Shown here: in pieces, positions 40,215 through 53,962 of the stretch
Numbering within the stretch: position 1 is the first letter of the stretch
How the letters are laid out: the number at the start of each line of letters is the position of its first letter
Source: Octopus vulgaris
Taxonomy: Eukaryota
Length of the DNA stretch: 64,000 nucleotides
Assembly (NCBI GenBank): GCA_951406725.2
Contig: OX597828.1
Coordinates: 30,814,001 to 30,878,000, forward strand
Direction: 5' to 3'
Translations under genes and position numbers: made by a program
The notes under the pieces: generated by a model
The model's database searches: none
What the model was told of the DNA's origin: nothing
What the model saw: the letters and a program-made list of their open reading frames with translations, nothing else

Positions 40215-40459
40215 GAACTAGAGACAGCTGATGAAGGGGATTTTTCCTTGTGTAGTTTGTCCTGTACTCTGTTTTTCTGTTGTAAAAAAAATGGTTTGTT
40301 CCATGCTTGTTTTTCCGTTTTCGTTTCTCGTTGAGTTCTACGTCTAGTTGTGGTGTCCTGTACTAACGTATATATATTTATATATGCATGTATATGTACA
40401 TATAGATGTAGGTACGTACATATATGTTTGTATGTATGCATATATTTTATTTATTACAC

Positions 40460-40511
<52 letters not shown>

Positions 40512-41651
40512 CGTATGTATATATATATATGTGTGTGTGTGCGCGCATGTGTATATTGAAAGAGGGAGAGAGAGGTAAAGAGAGAGAAATAGAGTCAGAG
40601 AGATGGAGAAAGCGACAGCAGAACGACATAGATATGTCGTACTCCTGTCGATAGATAGATAAATAGATAGTAGGCGTAAAATGAAATATAGATGAGAAGA
40701 GAAAAATTAATAATCAATTAGAGGCGTATGGAATATATTCGCCTGAAAGCTTATTTAAACAACTGCATTATTAGTTAAACGACGTCTGAGGTCATAACCA
40801 TGTATAATGTGCAATGAGTTCCCATAATACTGTACGTCTATTTCCGACATCGTTTGAGATCACCTTGACGCAAAAAGCACTTTGCCAGCAACTCCTGATG
40901 TGTATAACACATCTTCTCCTGAAGTTCATTCACGTACAATTTTCTTAGATGTCATTATATAATATACATTATTAAGACACATGACATAGATTATTGGAAG
41001 CAGATATGACTGGGAGACACCTTTTATCTGTAAGTACTATGTATTCGAAATTGCGTTGATTTTCCGTACATTCTCTGAAGCCAGTTTTCGCACTCGTAAT
41101 CAGAGCAACCAGCCGTAATATGTACTGTTTAATGATTTCCCACGGCTACCACGTTCTTTATCATTTTCCGAAACGTTAGATTTTCGCATAATTGAAGCCG
41201 GATGAGATGCGAAATATTTAATGGGATCGTGATATTCAGGTTTGCTTCTTTACATTCTCGGATTCGCGAAGTTTAAAATTGATTTGAACACTGAGTGCAT
41301 GAAAATGGAAGGATGTTTAAATTCTTTCTATCTGGACATCAGTTGAGACAGCGAACAATTATATGATATTTAACATAAGTGCATAGTTACAAACGATTTC
41401 TATATATGACTGTTATTGAGACCACCTTAAGTCATAACTAACCGTGGGATTGCACCTATAAAGTTACCCTCCCGGCCACAAGTCAGGACAAGGTTGTTTA
41501 TGGAAGACCAGCAGTCGCCCATGCATACCGGCCTCCCTTCTCCATACCACCAGTGTTATCCAAGGGAAAGGCAAAGGCCGATACAGCTTGGCACATGTGA
41601 TGTCACAACTCATTTCTACAGCTGAGTGAACTGGATCAACCTGAAATAAAG

Positions 41652-41865
41652 TACAGTTCTATATTTAAGAGATGAGGAATTATGTACATTATTTACATTA
41701 TTTACATTCGACGGATAATTGTCCTCATCTTGTTTGTTGTTAACACAACATTTCGGCTGATATAATCTCCAGCCTTCTTCAGGTGTCTTGGGGAAATTTC
41801 GCACCTCGGCTCTCATTCCTAAGGTATTCTTCGATATTATTATCATTATTATTATTATTATTATC

Positions 41866-41946
<81 letters not shown>

Positions 41947-41951
41947 TTTAC

Positions 41952-42016
<65 letters not shown>

Positions 42017-42526
42017 CATTTGTTCAGGTCACTGTCCACAGTCTGTCTACCCTATGTGAATACAGGACTTCAAAAATACCTCCGAGTAAAACCACCAATA
42101 GAAGAAAATATGACCAAAGACTGCGTGTACTCCATCCCATTCAGCCGTCGAAGGTTATACACAGGGAAACATGCCGCCACCTCAAAGTAATGGTAGACGA
42201 ACATCGCAAATCTGTGACATGAGGAGATATTGATAACTCGGGTATAGCTGATCATGTATGGAAAAATGAAGACCACCTCCCTCTGTGGGAGGAAGTTAAA
42301 ATAATAGACGGAAAATACGAATGGAAAATACAAAAACTAAAAGAAGTAGCACATATGCTTGGACACAACAACTTCCTAAGCAGACCGAGTGGAGATATGT
42401 GCAGCATATGGGAACTGGTAATAAGGAAGGATAGAAAAATATTAGATTTATAAGCCCTAAAATTCCCTCCATAATTGCTCACGGGCATATGGCGTAGTGG
42501 TTAACAACAACAACAACAACAACAAT

Positions 42527-42566
<40 letters not shown>

Positions 42567-42667
42567 ATAACAACAAGATCGAAGAAAACCTTAGGAATGA
42601 GAATCCAGGTTATCCCCAAGACACCTGAAGAAGATGAGGACAAATATCCGTCAAATATAAACGATGG
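41652..42667 (+). mobile_element. 5'-truncated Penelope element with inverted terminal module, 9-bp TSD
   Basis: Inverted module 41652-41835, (TTA)n, GIY-YIG remnant ~42035-42440 (VCLPYV...KPPIEENMTKDCVYSIP...VDEHRKSV...DHVWKNEDHLPLWEEVKIID), A box, (AAC)n, direct module 42578-42667; TSD GAAATAAAG at 41643-41651 and 42668-42676. Confidence 0.85.
41742..41787 (-). ncRNA. Minimal type I hammerhead motif (family A), best-preserved copy
   Basis: GACAC-CTGAAGA-A-GGCTGG(AGATTATA)TCAGCC-GAAA-TG-TT-GTGTT. Confidence 0.75.
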
Positions 42668-43829
42668 GAAATAAAGCGTCTTGCTCAAGAACCCAACACG
42701 CCGCCCGGGCCGATAATTCAACCTCACAATCTCACGATCGTAACCTCGACGCTCTAACCACTGAGCCATGCGCCTAAGCCATGACTGTAATTCCTAGATA
42801 TACTGTAAGCATTTTCTAAAATGCACGCAATATAAGTCCACATATGCATTTACAACAACATAGCTTCACCTATATACACATATCCAGTTGACTACCATTT
42901 ATTTCTGTACACATAAACGCGAAAATATTTCTGGAATGTTAGTGATAAAATCAATGAAATTTGCTTGTACAGATTAAAACAATGAAATAACTTTCTAGAT
43001 ATACGCCAGAAATTGTAAGGTAAGCCACAGGTATTACATAGTTGTGTGTATTGATTCACCTGTCGTACATTTAATCGCAATTTTGTGGCAACATTCCACT
43101 AAATATCTCTCTATATATATGAGAATTAGAGACCCTCCATTTAGGAAAGTAAATAGTTTTAAATTTAAATACGCTCCGTTCTATTTTGAAATATCTCTTG
43201 ATCTTAAAGTCAAGAATTTCAGATTATAATGTAATTTTTGTGACGAGTATCGTCATGATTGGATTTATTCGTTCTGTTGGCTTTCGAAAATATCTATGTC
43301 TCCATTATCTGAGCTATGTGCAAACCATAAATAGCTTGTAATCCATTATTTATCCGACACTGGAAAACGATAATGAGAAAGTAGTATCTATTTTTGACAT
43401 CTACTATGGGAAACGAAACTTGAAGAAGTTTGTAATCTGACGTGAAATAGTGACGCATTTCAATATCAAAAATAATGTTTCCTTATCATGTATCTTTAAC
43501 TTGCTTCAACCACAGATCGGCAGCCATTATGGAGAAGCATCTTAACGGATATTTCGTCGGAAACATTGACCCATCAACTAAGTTACCAGCATCTGTACAA
43601 ACCTGGCTTTGTATGTGTGACGCAGTAACACACACGCACATACACCCACACATACGAGCGCACATACACATACATATACACACATACAGAAACGGATGGG
43701 GACACACACACGCACATATATATATTCACAGGCATGATGGAAGTAAATAGATACGCATATAATCATTAAAGTTTAATTAACACTGAAATTACACATTCAA
43801 ATTATTTATCAATTGTTAAAATATGAACA

Positions 43830-44600
43830 TTTAACTGTGTGGGAAGGAGCCTTATCTTCCCTAAAGAAAGAGTCTTTTATCATTTCACCAACGGAGAATA
43901 TTGGAAAGAGTCCTTTCTGCAATATAAACTGATGTTTATGTGAGTTTAAGTTTCCCTTACACTCCACCAGTTCTGATCAACCATTGCTCATAATTACTCC
44001 ACAGACCATTGCAGAATATCTGCCGTGTTTCATCGTTTGCTGCAAATTTTTCGCACCAAATTCTTGATCACAGAGTGTCGAGACCCACACTCGACAACTG
44101 TCAGGGAATACAGCAAATCTGGACTTATGGTAGGATATAACTTGTCCCAAAATGCTAGCGGTCTCTACACCCTCTCACTGATGATCCAATCCTTTCCCTG
44201 CTTGATGTTGGCTGCTCGAAGACGTGTCTTCCTTCTTACTACTCTGCCATAGTAACCAAGTGATGTGAGTTCCAGCTGTTCTGGAACTCACATCAACTGG
44301 TTCTGCAATGTCAGAGTCTTTGCAACGAAGATTATTCTCCACACTTCTATTAACAATCAGAAAGATCTCGTCAGAGGGCTCTGGTTGATCTGGGCGAGGT
44401 GATGTAGCCTCCTTCTCCTCTATGATGAACTGCATAATCACGCTGTTAACTCTAGAAAGCGGAATCCCAAGGTTTTCTGTGGTTTTACGATATGTCCAGC
44501 TTCAGATTGACCTACAATACAGCTTCTTTGGAATTTAGACAGTTCCTCTGTTTCTTTTTTATATGACATGATTAAAAAGTCATATATAGAACCTGACACA
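43830..44600 (-). mobile_element. Decayed Tc1-like transposon remnant
   Basis: Minus translation NLGIPLSRVNSVIMQF...PRPDQP...VNRSVENNLRCKDSDIA, then YYGRVVRRKTRLRAANIKQGKDW...LAFWDK, the Tc1 HTH plus ARKKP-L pattern. No TIRs identified. Confidence 0.6.
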
Positions 44601-46483
44601 TAAAAATTCCAATTAATAAGAAATATAAACCCTTATAAGTTACAATAAACATAACACTATATTTATTTTGTGTGTATTTACTTTCATCATGCCTGTGTAT
44701 ATATGCATATATATACGAACTATTTCTACACAGTCTTTGGCTATTAAATTTATTATTCAGGCAATGGCAGGACACCTGCTCAAGTTCCTGCATTGTTAAA
44801 CTGAACTGGAAGCCACCTGCTTTCAAAGCAAGCCTCCTATACGTTGTGTTAATTATACTCCAATAACCGCACTATTTTAGCTAAAGTTATGAATACCGTT
44901 TTCACTCTGGCACTGATTACTACAACTACTATTGTTGCTGTTGTTACTACTACTACTACTACTACTTTTGATACTGCAGCTGATGCTTAAAAACATCATT
45001 CTCATCATTTTCTCCATTACTAGCACCACCACCACCGTCACCATCACAATCATCACCATCCTCATCATCATCGTTACTATGATTATTAATTAAAATCAAA
45101 GAAAACCGCCCATGTATCCAAATCAAAGAATTATACATCGGCTACAGATTGTAATAAAAACTTCGAACGCAGTCTTTGTAAAATCTGAAAGACTACTATA
45201 GTGTTACTAATTATAGAATCATGTGAATTGCCTCGAAATGAAACCACGTAAATTTAAGACTACCTATCATCTCTGGGTTTTCTCAAGAAGAGATTAAACA
45301 AAATATTCTATCAGAAATTTATACACCAGCACATATCCGTATGTGTTTCTTATTATACCATATGCAATTTCAGTTCACAACTAAATTTAACAGATTAAAT
45401 AAAATTTCGGAACTGCCACATTTTAATAAGGACCAATGCGCACATAGAGATGGTTGTAGTTGATATAACAAAGGCTTTAAAATTGTTTCAACATTCTTTT
45501 ACAAATAAGAGGTCAAAGCAAAGTGTAACTATCTTTCATTGGACATACTGAAAGGTTATTTTGCATTTAAAATCTGAAAAAAGAACGTTTCTCAGTAAGT
45601 TTAAGAATATATAACTATTTGAATGAAAAACAATATAAATCAATATAAAGCATAATATGTCATTTAAATGTTTCTTTTCATTTACATTTAGAATGAGAAT
45701 AAATCGGAGAATGTGTGCAGATTGTACAACAAGATCTTTCTTTTACTCTTCATTCTTGCAAATGTAGTTAACATTATGTTCTACCTCAACTAGGAGGCTG
45801 CCATTATCTGAGAAATGTTAAAGCAGACAATATACGACCAACTGTATTACTTATTCCTATGTTTAGAAAAATGTTACAGACTGTTGACAAGAGACTAACA
45901 ACGGAATACATGGCATTTCGGATCACGTATTTAAATAGATTCATGAACGTTGTTCGACACATTGATTTGCCTTCTGCTATGAAATATGCATGCCTCTTAG
46001 CCAAAGAATCTCAAATATGACTTTAGTTTGACTGATGATATAACCAAAGCCCCTGTCTGTCATGCATTCTCATTTGTTCGCAGTATCTGAAATCTCAAAA
46101 TTGCTTGGACAAAAAGTACCAGATCTGGTAATACTTGTGTGCCACGTTTTTATCAATACCAAAAGCAAACATAATGCAGAACTGTATATCTACATATTCA
46201 CATCTAAAGGATAGGTTTAAAATCATATTCAATTCGAAATAATGGCACTAAGCAGTGAGATCGTCCTTTTTCATGCAAGAAGCATGTAAATCAAACTGGA
46301 GTGTTGTTCTGCATCAGTTAATAGTTTTACACCAACATTTCTGTTTATATGTGTGAAAAACGCAGAGACGTACACACACACACACACACACACATACACA
46401 CACACATATATATATATGCCTGTCTGGTGTTATGTATTTATATAATATAAGTGTGTGTGTCTAGATATATGTGTATGTACATA

Positions 46484-46533
<50 letters not shown>

Positions 46534-46926
46534 ATTAGGGAATAAATCCAAACTTACAGGGAAAAATTAGATTTAGAATTAAATCCAATTTTATAGTATA
46601 AATATATTATATTATATTATAGTATATTATATTAAATTAGAGATAAAATATCACTATTAGGCAAATCAAAGGTGAAAAACGTAAGCCAATACATAAAATG
46701 AATTTAAAAATATAAAAGTTAAAAATAAAAAAATAAAAAATTATTTAAATAATTTAAACTTATAAATTTTATATATATATACAAATATATATATATGTAT
46801 GTATGTATGTATATTTTTATATTTATATATTATTTTATTTATTAATTAATTAGTTAATTAATTAATTAATTGATTATTTTTTTAAATATCAAAAGTATTA
46901 AAAGTTTAATAAAAAATAAAGGGTAA

Positions 46927-47022
46927 AACACTACGATCGTTTCATGGCTGTACCAATTCGAATAACAATAATTTAAATTCAATTAATAATTCTAGTTATG
47001 GTTACAGTCAATCTTCAGGTTA
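46927..47022 (-). ncRNA. Type I hammerhead motif (family D)
   Basis: Minus strand AAC-CTGAAGA-TTGACTGTAACCA...TGGTACAGCCAT-GAAA-CGATCG-TA-GTG; palindromic loop III, stem I weakened. Confidence 0.6.
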
Positions 47023-47129
47023 AATGAAATATTTTAAAGGCAATCAGAAATATTTAAACAATATTTTTAAGATATAAATAATATAATAATTTTGCTTATA
47101 ATAAAATCTATTATCAAACTTAATTAACC

Positions 47130-47688
47130 CAAAGGATATCCAACCATTCCTCAACTTTCAGAGATAAGAGAAAACAACACAGGACGGGACTAAGTAAATT
47201 AGTTTGGCGTCTGAAGGACAGCAATACAACTTTCAAACTGGAATGGTCCGTATTGTCGGTATCCTTCCCGTTTGACAAGGGCAGAAAACATTGTGGCGTC
47301 TGTAATTCCGAACTTTTTCATATTTTGTTCGCCAAAGTCCCTTTAATAAATACAATCGTCGAGAGATCCTAGAGATGCATGCACTGGCAAAATCACACCT
47401 TTCAATCATATGAATAATGATTAATATAGATAGCCCCTTGAATTTTAATTAATATAACTCTTTTTTTATATATTTCACCCCCATAGTCAAAAAAATATTT
47501 TTTATACTTTCAAAGAACAACTACCCAATCCAGTGAGTATGTGTTACCTTTGTCCCTATACCTCGCCCTCCTCTTTCTCTCTCTTTCTCTCTATCTATAG
47601 TAAGCACATTCAAACACACAGACACAAACCGTTCACTTCACCACTGTCTGGTTTCTGACACCCACCCATCAACAAACACAATCACGCA

Positions 47689-47739
<51 letters not shown>

Positions 47740-48289
47740 TAATGTCGTTATATACAGTCACACACACAGACACTCATTCACAAAAGAAAATTCACCATTC
47801 ATTTGAACTGCACCCTTTCACCTTCCTATTCTTATACCTCTCTTCTCCTACTTCGTTTGAACCCTTGAACCTTTAGAACCTTCTAGATTCTTCTACATCC
47901 AACCATTTTGACGTCACTCCTCATAAAGGAATTTTTTAAAGAGACACTCATTATCACTATGGGCTCCGTGTGAGCAGTCATCTAAAAGTTTTTTGTGCAT
48001 CTTGATGTTGACATAAGTTCCTTGCTTTTCCTGATGAGAAAGCAGCATAATATACTCCTTATTCCTTCGCAATTAGGAATATGCAGCCTTCGAAACATAT
48101 GTCGAAAATAAAGGAATTTTGTTAATTCGTCGTTCAACTCCATTCTTTCATATATTTATATTTAAAAAAAAAACATACAAATTTCCACACGAAATCACGT
48201 AACTTCAAACGTGTCTTCTCTGATGTGAATTTGCTACCCAGGTTTCGGTTAACCGAATTATCCATAACGATATAATTCATTCAACTACT

Positions 48290-48290
<1 letters not shown>
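47130..48290 (+). mobile_element. 5'-truncated Penelope-like element (Nematis-like GIY-YIG C-terminus plus 3' terminal repeat)
   Basis: 47130-47417 translates QRISNHSSTFRDKRKQHRTGLSKLVWRLKDSNTTFKLEWSVL...HCGVCNSELFHIL...LINTIVERS*RCMH; hammerhead downstream; embedded in (TA)n. Confidence 0.8.
48007..48126 (+). ncRNA. Well-formed type I hammerhead ribozyme (family E)
   Basis: TTTTC-CTGATGA-GAAAGCAGCATA...TATGCAGCCTTC-GAAA-CATATG-TC-GAAAA; stem I extends via GTTCCTT/AAGGAAT and GTTGACA/TGTTAAT; predicted cut after 48103. Confidence 0.85.
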
Positions 48291-48361
<71 letters not shown>

Positions 48362-48362
<1 letters not shown>

Positions 48363-48560
48363 CGGGAAGTTTACGAAAATAAACAAAAGACGAAGGCAGG
48401 TGGAGCACAAACAAACAAATGTATTAGTATAGCGCTCAGGAATAGAAATAGAAAAAGTCTTTTACGTTTCGAGCCTACGCTCTTCGACAGAAAGATACAC
48501 AGAATAAAACAAGGAGAGAAAGAAATGCGTGTAGGAGCTAAAGATCTATCATGGCGTTCT
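48362..48560 (-). repeat. Dispersed hammerhead-bearing repeat, copy 1 (copy 2 at 56498-56710)
   Basis: About 200 bp of clear similarity between the two loci, starting AACGGGAAG...AAACAAAAGACGAAGGCAGGTGGA. Confidence 0.9.
48458..48495 (-). ncRNA. Minimal hammerhead with A6U core variant (family F)
   Basis: TCTTT-CTGTCGA-A-GAGC(GTAG)GCTC-GAAA-CG-TA-AAAGA; perfect stems I and II. Confidence 0.7.
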
Positions 48561-48627
48561 GACTTCGGACAGTGGTCACACGCGAGAGGGACAGTAGGGG
48601 AGATAACAGAGTCCAGTGACTTCCAAT

Positions 48628-48673
<46 letters not shown>

Positions 48674-49249
48674 CGATTGATTATCCTCTCCATTTTCTTA
48701 TTTGTCTCATAAATTCTGTGTAAATTTCTGTTTTACGTCCACTCATACCTAGTATTGAATTGCGATACTGCCCTGCAATAGTAACCACTTGGATATAAAT
48801 ACCTAGGTATATATCAGGTAGTATATTGGATATTCATTATCCCTCAGATGGTTGCTTAACCTCTAGCTCATACCGACAAACACATATATATGTAAATATA
48901 CATTGATATAAATATTTATGCAGAAATATAAATAAGTAATATTTATTCATATTCTATAACATATATCTTAGTTTTATTCCTTGTGTGTGAAAGGTCCATG
49001 ATTATATGTGTATGTTTCCAAGTAATAACGCGTATGTTTAAGACAGCGATTGAAATACTTAACATAATCGAAAGAGTTGATTTAATTATATGATAGTATC
49101 ACACCTAAGTTAAAAAAAGCAAAATTTTACATTACTTATAGGTATTGAATGAATTTGTATGTAATTCGATATGGGAAATTTTTATACATCATATGAATTA
49201 ATATTTCTAAACTATTTTGAATGTACTTTCTCTATATAGAGAAAACTAA

Positions 49250-49433
<184 letters not shown>

Positions 49434-51636
49434 GGGGACTGGAAGAAGCTCGTCGTATGTGTGTGTGCATTTACATGCATATATTTATGCGCATGTGCGT
49501 GTTTGTGCCTGTGCGCGTGTGTTATGTTTGTATGTATACATTGTTCGGAATGATATGTTGATGATTAAGTAATATCCCCATCTACGTCTTATATCTTGAA
49601 CGATATCACAAAACAAAAGGAACTTGCCCAAATTTTATCACTATAAAATATCTTATATTCAAATCCACTCCATTAGTTTTTCAACAACAGTAAGAATCTT
49701 CTCAAATTACAGAAAAAATTTGCTGTGTTAATGTCTGAGTAATTCGTAGCCAATTGTATCTTTAATTTTCAACCAAAATGATTCTGATACTGCGTAAAAT
49801 GTTCACACTTGTCGCAAACCGCTCTGTCTGTCAACGTAACGTTACCTAAATATCTAAGCTAATCCTAAAATTATTGCCTCGTATCTTGTATATTCCGGTC
49901 GAAATCTAATCAGTTGAGAGCAAATTGAAAAATTCGTGTATGTCATGTCTACGTCTACTAAATGGCTCGTGGATTAGCATTGGAACGAACAACTCTAAAG
50001 AGTCTGGTGTTCACAGTCGTTTCATCAAGGGAGGTGTCTTACAAACATATCTCGTTCTACAAGAAATAAAGCCACGTGCCTCATAATCGACACTTCGCAC
50101 ATATTCTTTCAAATCCGTTCTCTCACAGTCATAGTATAGTGCACTGCGTAAAATATGGTTGGATCATCTTTACTTCAATTCCGATTTCAGACTGAACAAA
50201 AAAGATAATAACAAAACAGCGGTCCTACGAAAATAACTTTCATATTTTGATAGTTCAAATATTGTTGGATTTTCTTGTATATATTCACGCTGTTCCACGG
50301 AGGGGTCTAGACTTAGAAGAAGACGCTGCATTTGAAGGAGATGGAATAATGTATCTTTTCTGGTACTAGGCGACATTTATCTGTATAACTCAAAAGTTTA
50401 CTTTACTGAGCTTATCCATTATGATGAACAGTTTGCGTATGTTCAAATATAAATGGATGTGTGTTAGGCCTTACAACTCAGATTGAGGAGTCCCAAGCAC
50501 AAAGATATTCCAATCATTATTTTGTTGAGAATAGATAATACGTGTGACAGAAAGAATTTGCTTTTAAACAAAACCGATCGAATGAGAAGGCGTCATCATC
50601 AATAACTCACGTACGTATGTCTAACTACGAATAATTTACTTTATATTTTTGCACACGAAGTAATATGCGGAAAGGGATTGTTGCTGGGAAACTTAGATAT
50701 AAAGCTAATTCTTTATTTATTCTATAGTGTTATGGTCACTTCAGTTCTTCATAAATATATCACAGAAATTGCATTATGACGATAGCATTTTCCCTAGCCA
50801 AACGGAAGAAATTTGACTATTCAGTGATACAATCTGTCATATGACGTTGACAAATTAATTACATTGCATTTGGCAAACGTCTATATCAATAATTGAGTAT
50901 TTACGCCTATAACACCAGTAGAGATTATGATACAATGGAGAAGATTATCCAAGTGATACCTATTAAATTAACTGATTTTACAAAATGCTCATGAATCTTT
51001 GAATACATGTGTGTGAATATAAACGTACGCATATACACGCTGAGAGAAAGAGACCGAGAGAGAAAGTACCCTATGAATAAAGCAAACGCTCTTTTCAAAC
51101 GCTTCATATCATGCACACATATCACTATATAGGCCGTCGTTGTATTATTAGCTTATGGATGCACACGGCCGACATTACTTGGGATTTACATTCGCATCAT
51201 TAATATCGTTCACCTAGCCACGTAATGACGGATCTATAGTGATACAGTAAATAATAATTAAAATTAGATATTCAGTGTGTAGTCGATAAATATTTTATTG
51301 CTTACCGACATACCATCATTTATGAGTGTAAGTATGTTCATCAATTTTATTCTATGTCTCTGTAGTAACATTTGCACATACAAGTATACACTAACGTTAT
51401 AACACTGGACTGTTGATGTAACCATGATGTAAAGTCAAATTTACTTCATAACCACTGATGCCAATAGTCGTTAGGTTTAATTATGAAACGCTTGACGATG
51501 ACTGAAATGTTTTATGTGTGTCCACAATATCGACCATCTAGAGTTCTTACACCACACTCACGGTTCAAATTTATACACACACACACATACATACAAACAC
51601 ACGAATTTATATGCATTTGTATATATCCCTCTCACC

Positions 51637-51691
<55 letters not shown>

Positions 51692-51773
51692 TATATACAT
51701 ATATATATTTCTATATTTCTATATGTGTGTAGGTATATATGTGTATACTTGTATATAACAAGAACAACTACAA

Positions 51774-51870
<97 letters not shown>

Positions 51871-52814
51871 TGCTTATATTTATTCTTTCCACCTCCGTAC
51901 CAGCTTGTATGTGTGTGTGAAATAAATTTGTACAGTACCAAATTGAAATTTATATATTTACATATGGCATGATATCGATTATATCAATTAGATTTTCCCA
52001 CGTAAGCCACTTCAAATTCAAGAATGTACATCTATTGACTCTTTAGTCGCAAGGTATAAAACGTGAAGTATGCTATATTTCAATGTCCGTGGTTATTCTC
52101 ACTATTATAAAGCAAACGAAAGCTGTGACTGTCTAAGTTCATTTTGTATGGCATTCAGTAGAAACATTTGTATATAGTAACATACCGTTGACATGAGACT
52201 AACAGCAACGTGACTGGGAAGTCATTACATGTTTCACACTTATATGCAAATGTAATATGTTGTAGCTGAATTTCAAGTTACTTGCCTTTGGCAATTTCAG
52301 CATTAAGAGCAAATTGCTCATAATCTTTTTGAGGAGCAGGTGAATATTCACATGTCTGTTCAACCGTTTCACCTGATTTTATTCATTAAATCTTATTAAA
52401 ACTTCTGAAGTTCTTACAACTGTGGTTATCATAATGCTTTGCTTTCGTTTTGTGATATACAGATATCATGCATAATATATGCGAGCTTCGAAATCTTGTT
52501 CTCTGTTTAAGGAGTATTCATTAAAAGTTAAACTGAGTAACATTTGTCTGTAAATTTTCTGGAAGAAAGAAATAACAAAATTTGATTTAAGGTGGAAAAG
52601 TATTTCAAATTACCAAAGTTGAAAATTCTGACGTACTTTTATAATTTCACAATATATGACATCAACAGGGAAGACCATGCAAAGGTAGAGAGACAGACAG
52701 TTATAGGACGTGACACACACACACACCAACACACACTTATTTACAAACGTACACACAGGTAATCACGAGTTTAACCTTACCCTGCTGGTAACTTAATACG
52801 AGTTTAATTGAATT

Positions 52815-52925
52815 GGATGTCAGTTTAACATGTATGCAAAGTTTCGAGAAAATTGGATCGTTGGTGTAGGCAAAGAAATCATAACACATAGACAAAACGA
52901 CAGAAATTGCCATATAGATATACAT
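52815..52925 (+). mobile_element. Possible non-autonomous Helitron-like (HINE/Lep1-type) 3' end
   Basis: ATGTATGCAAAGTTTCGAGAAAATTGGATCGTTGGTGTAGG...ACAGAAATTGCCATATAGATAT resembles that terminal pattern (from memory). Confidence 0.4.
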
Positions 52926-53962
52926 ATATATGTGTTTTTCTTATATATACATACATGGCGTATCGTATTCTGAAAGATATACCTGTAACCTCAAAACCGA
53001 TAACTAATGTGGGTTTTTATACAGATCTACATGGTAAATCCGTATCGTCGAAGTTAATTAAGAAAGTTATGATAATCTAAGAACTTGAAACTCGAATGAG
53101 CTTTAGATCCGTCGTTTCAAATGTTGTAATTAGTAGTGGAATTTCTTCACATTTTAACCTATTTTTCTGCTTGGTCAAATGTGACGAGAATTCTACAAAA
53201 CTACCTCACAGGAAATTCATTATATAAATTGTCGCAACCATACAATATTGATTAAAATTTATACTCACGTAGCAGATGTGTGAGAACCGTTAAACAAAAA
53301 TAATGTTTGCTACCGTATATTTTATCATAATTATAGTATTTAGCCTAAATCTGAATTTTGTTGTGATGCTGAAGACATTGAAATAACCAATTTAACGTTT
53401 GTATTATAAATTAATAAGTCTATATATATGTTTTTATATTTAAATGAAAATCGATAGAAAATAGTTCATATTTTATATAGGAATACAAGCTTTATTATAT
53501 TATCATGCGAGAACAATACGAAAGCTAAATAAAGTCATTGATCGTCGAGCGTATTAAATTATTGTCACAGGAAATCATTCAATAAAATTAATGATTTAAA
53601 TCTAATCTGCTATCAATACACTTCGCTGTTCCACTTTATATGAAACAGTGACCCGTCAGTCAAGAGATATCCAATATTTAACTCTGAATATAAAAGAGGA
53701 ATATTGTTTCTGATATTGATAGGTCAATTCAATAAATAAACACGAATGTATAAAATACGAACATTATCTTTCAGCTTCCTATTTGCAGTAATAATTCAAT
53801 TCTTAGAAACGTATTGAAGTTGTATATGTATATATATATATATATATACACACATATATTTATATACACATATAAACATACACTCACACACTCACACGCG
53901 CACACACATATATATATGCACATTCATATACATACATATATACATAATTATATATATATATC

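Larger units (their letters stand above)
41430..42776 (-). mobile_element. tRNA-derived SINE split by a Penelope insertion (pieces 41430-41651 and 42668-42776)
   Basis: Head AGGCGCATGGCTCAGTGGTTAGAGCG on minus at 42776; the halves join through the duplicated GAAATAAAG, and the uninterrupted junction is seen in the copy at 4588-4733. Confidence 0.8.

Noticed and set aside
41445-41510. Twister-ribozyme-like motif (UA...AC...CCACAAGU...)
   Set aside because: P1 and the GA-T1 strand cannot be formed, and it lies antisense within a SINE tail.
45790-46330. Possible decayed hAT-like transposase remnant
   Set aside because: Only vague peptide resemblance, with no diagnostic motif or TIR.
50170-50376. 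68-aa ORF with flanking splice-like signals as a CDS
   Set aside because: There is an in-frame stop immediately after the acceptor, the other frames are closed, and there is no recognisable homology.
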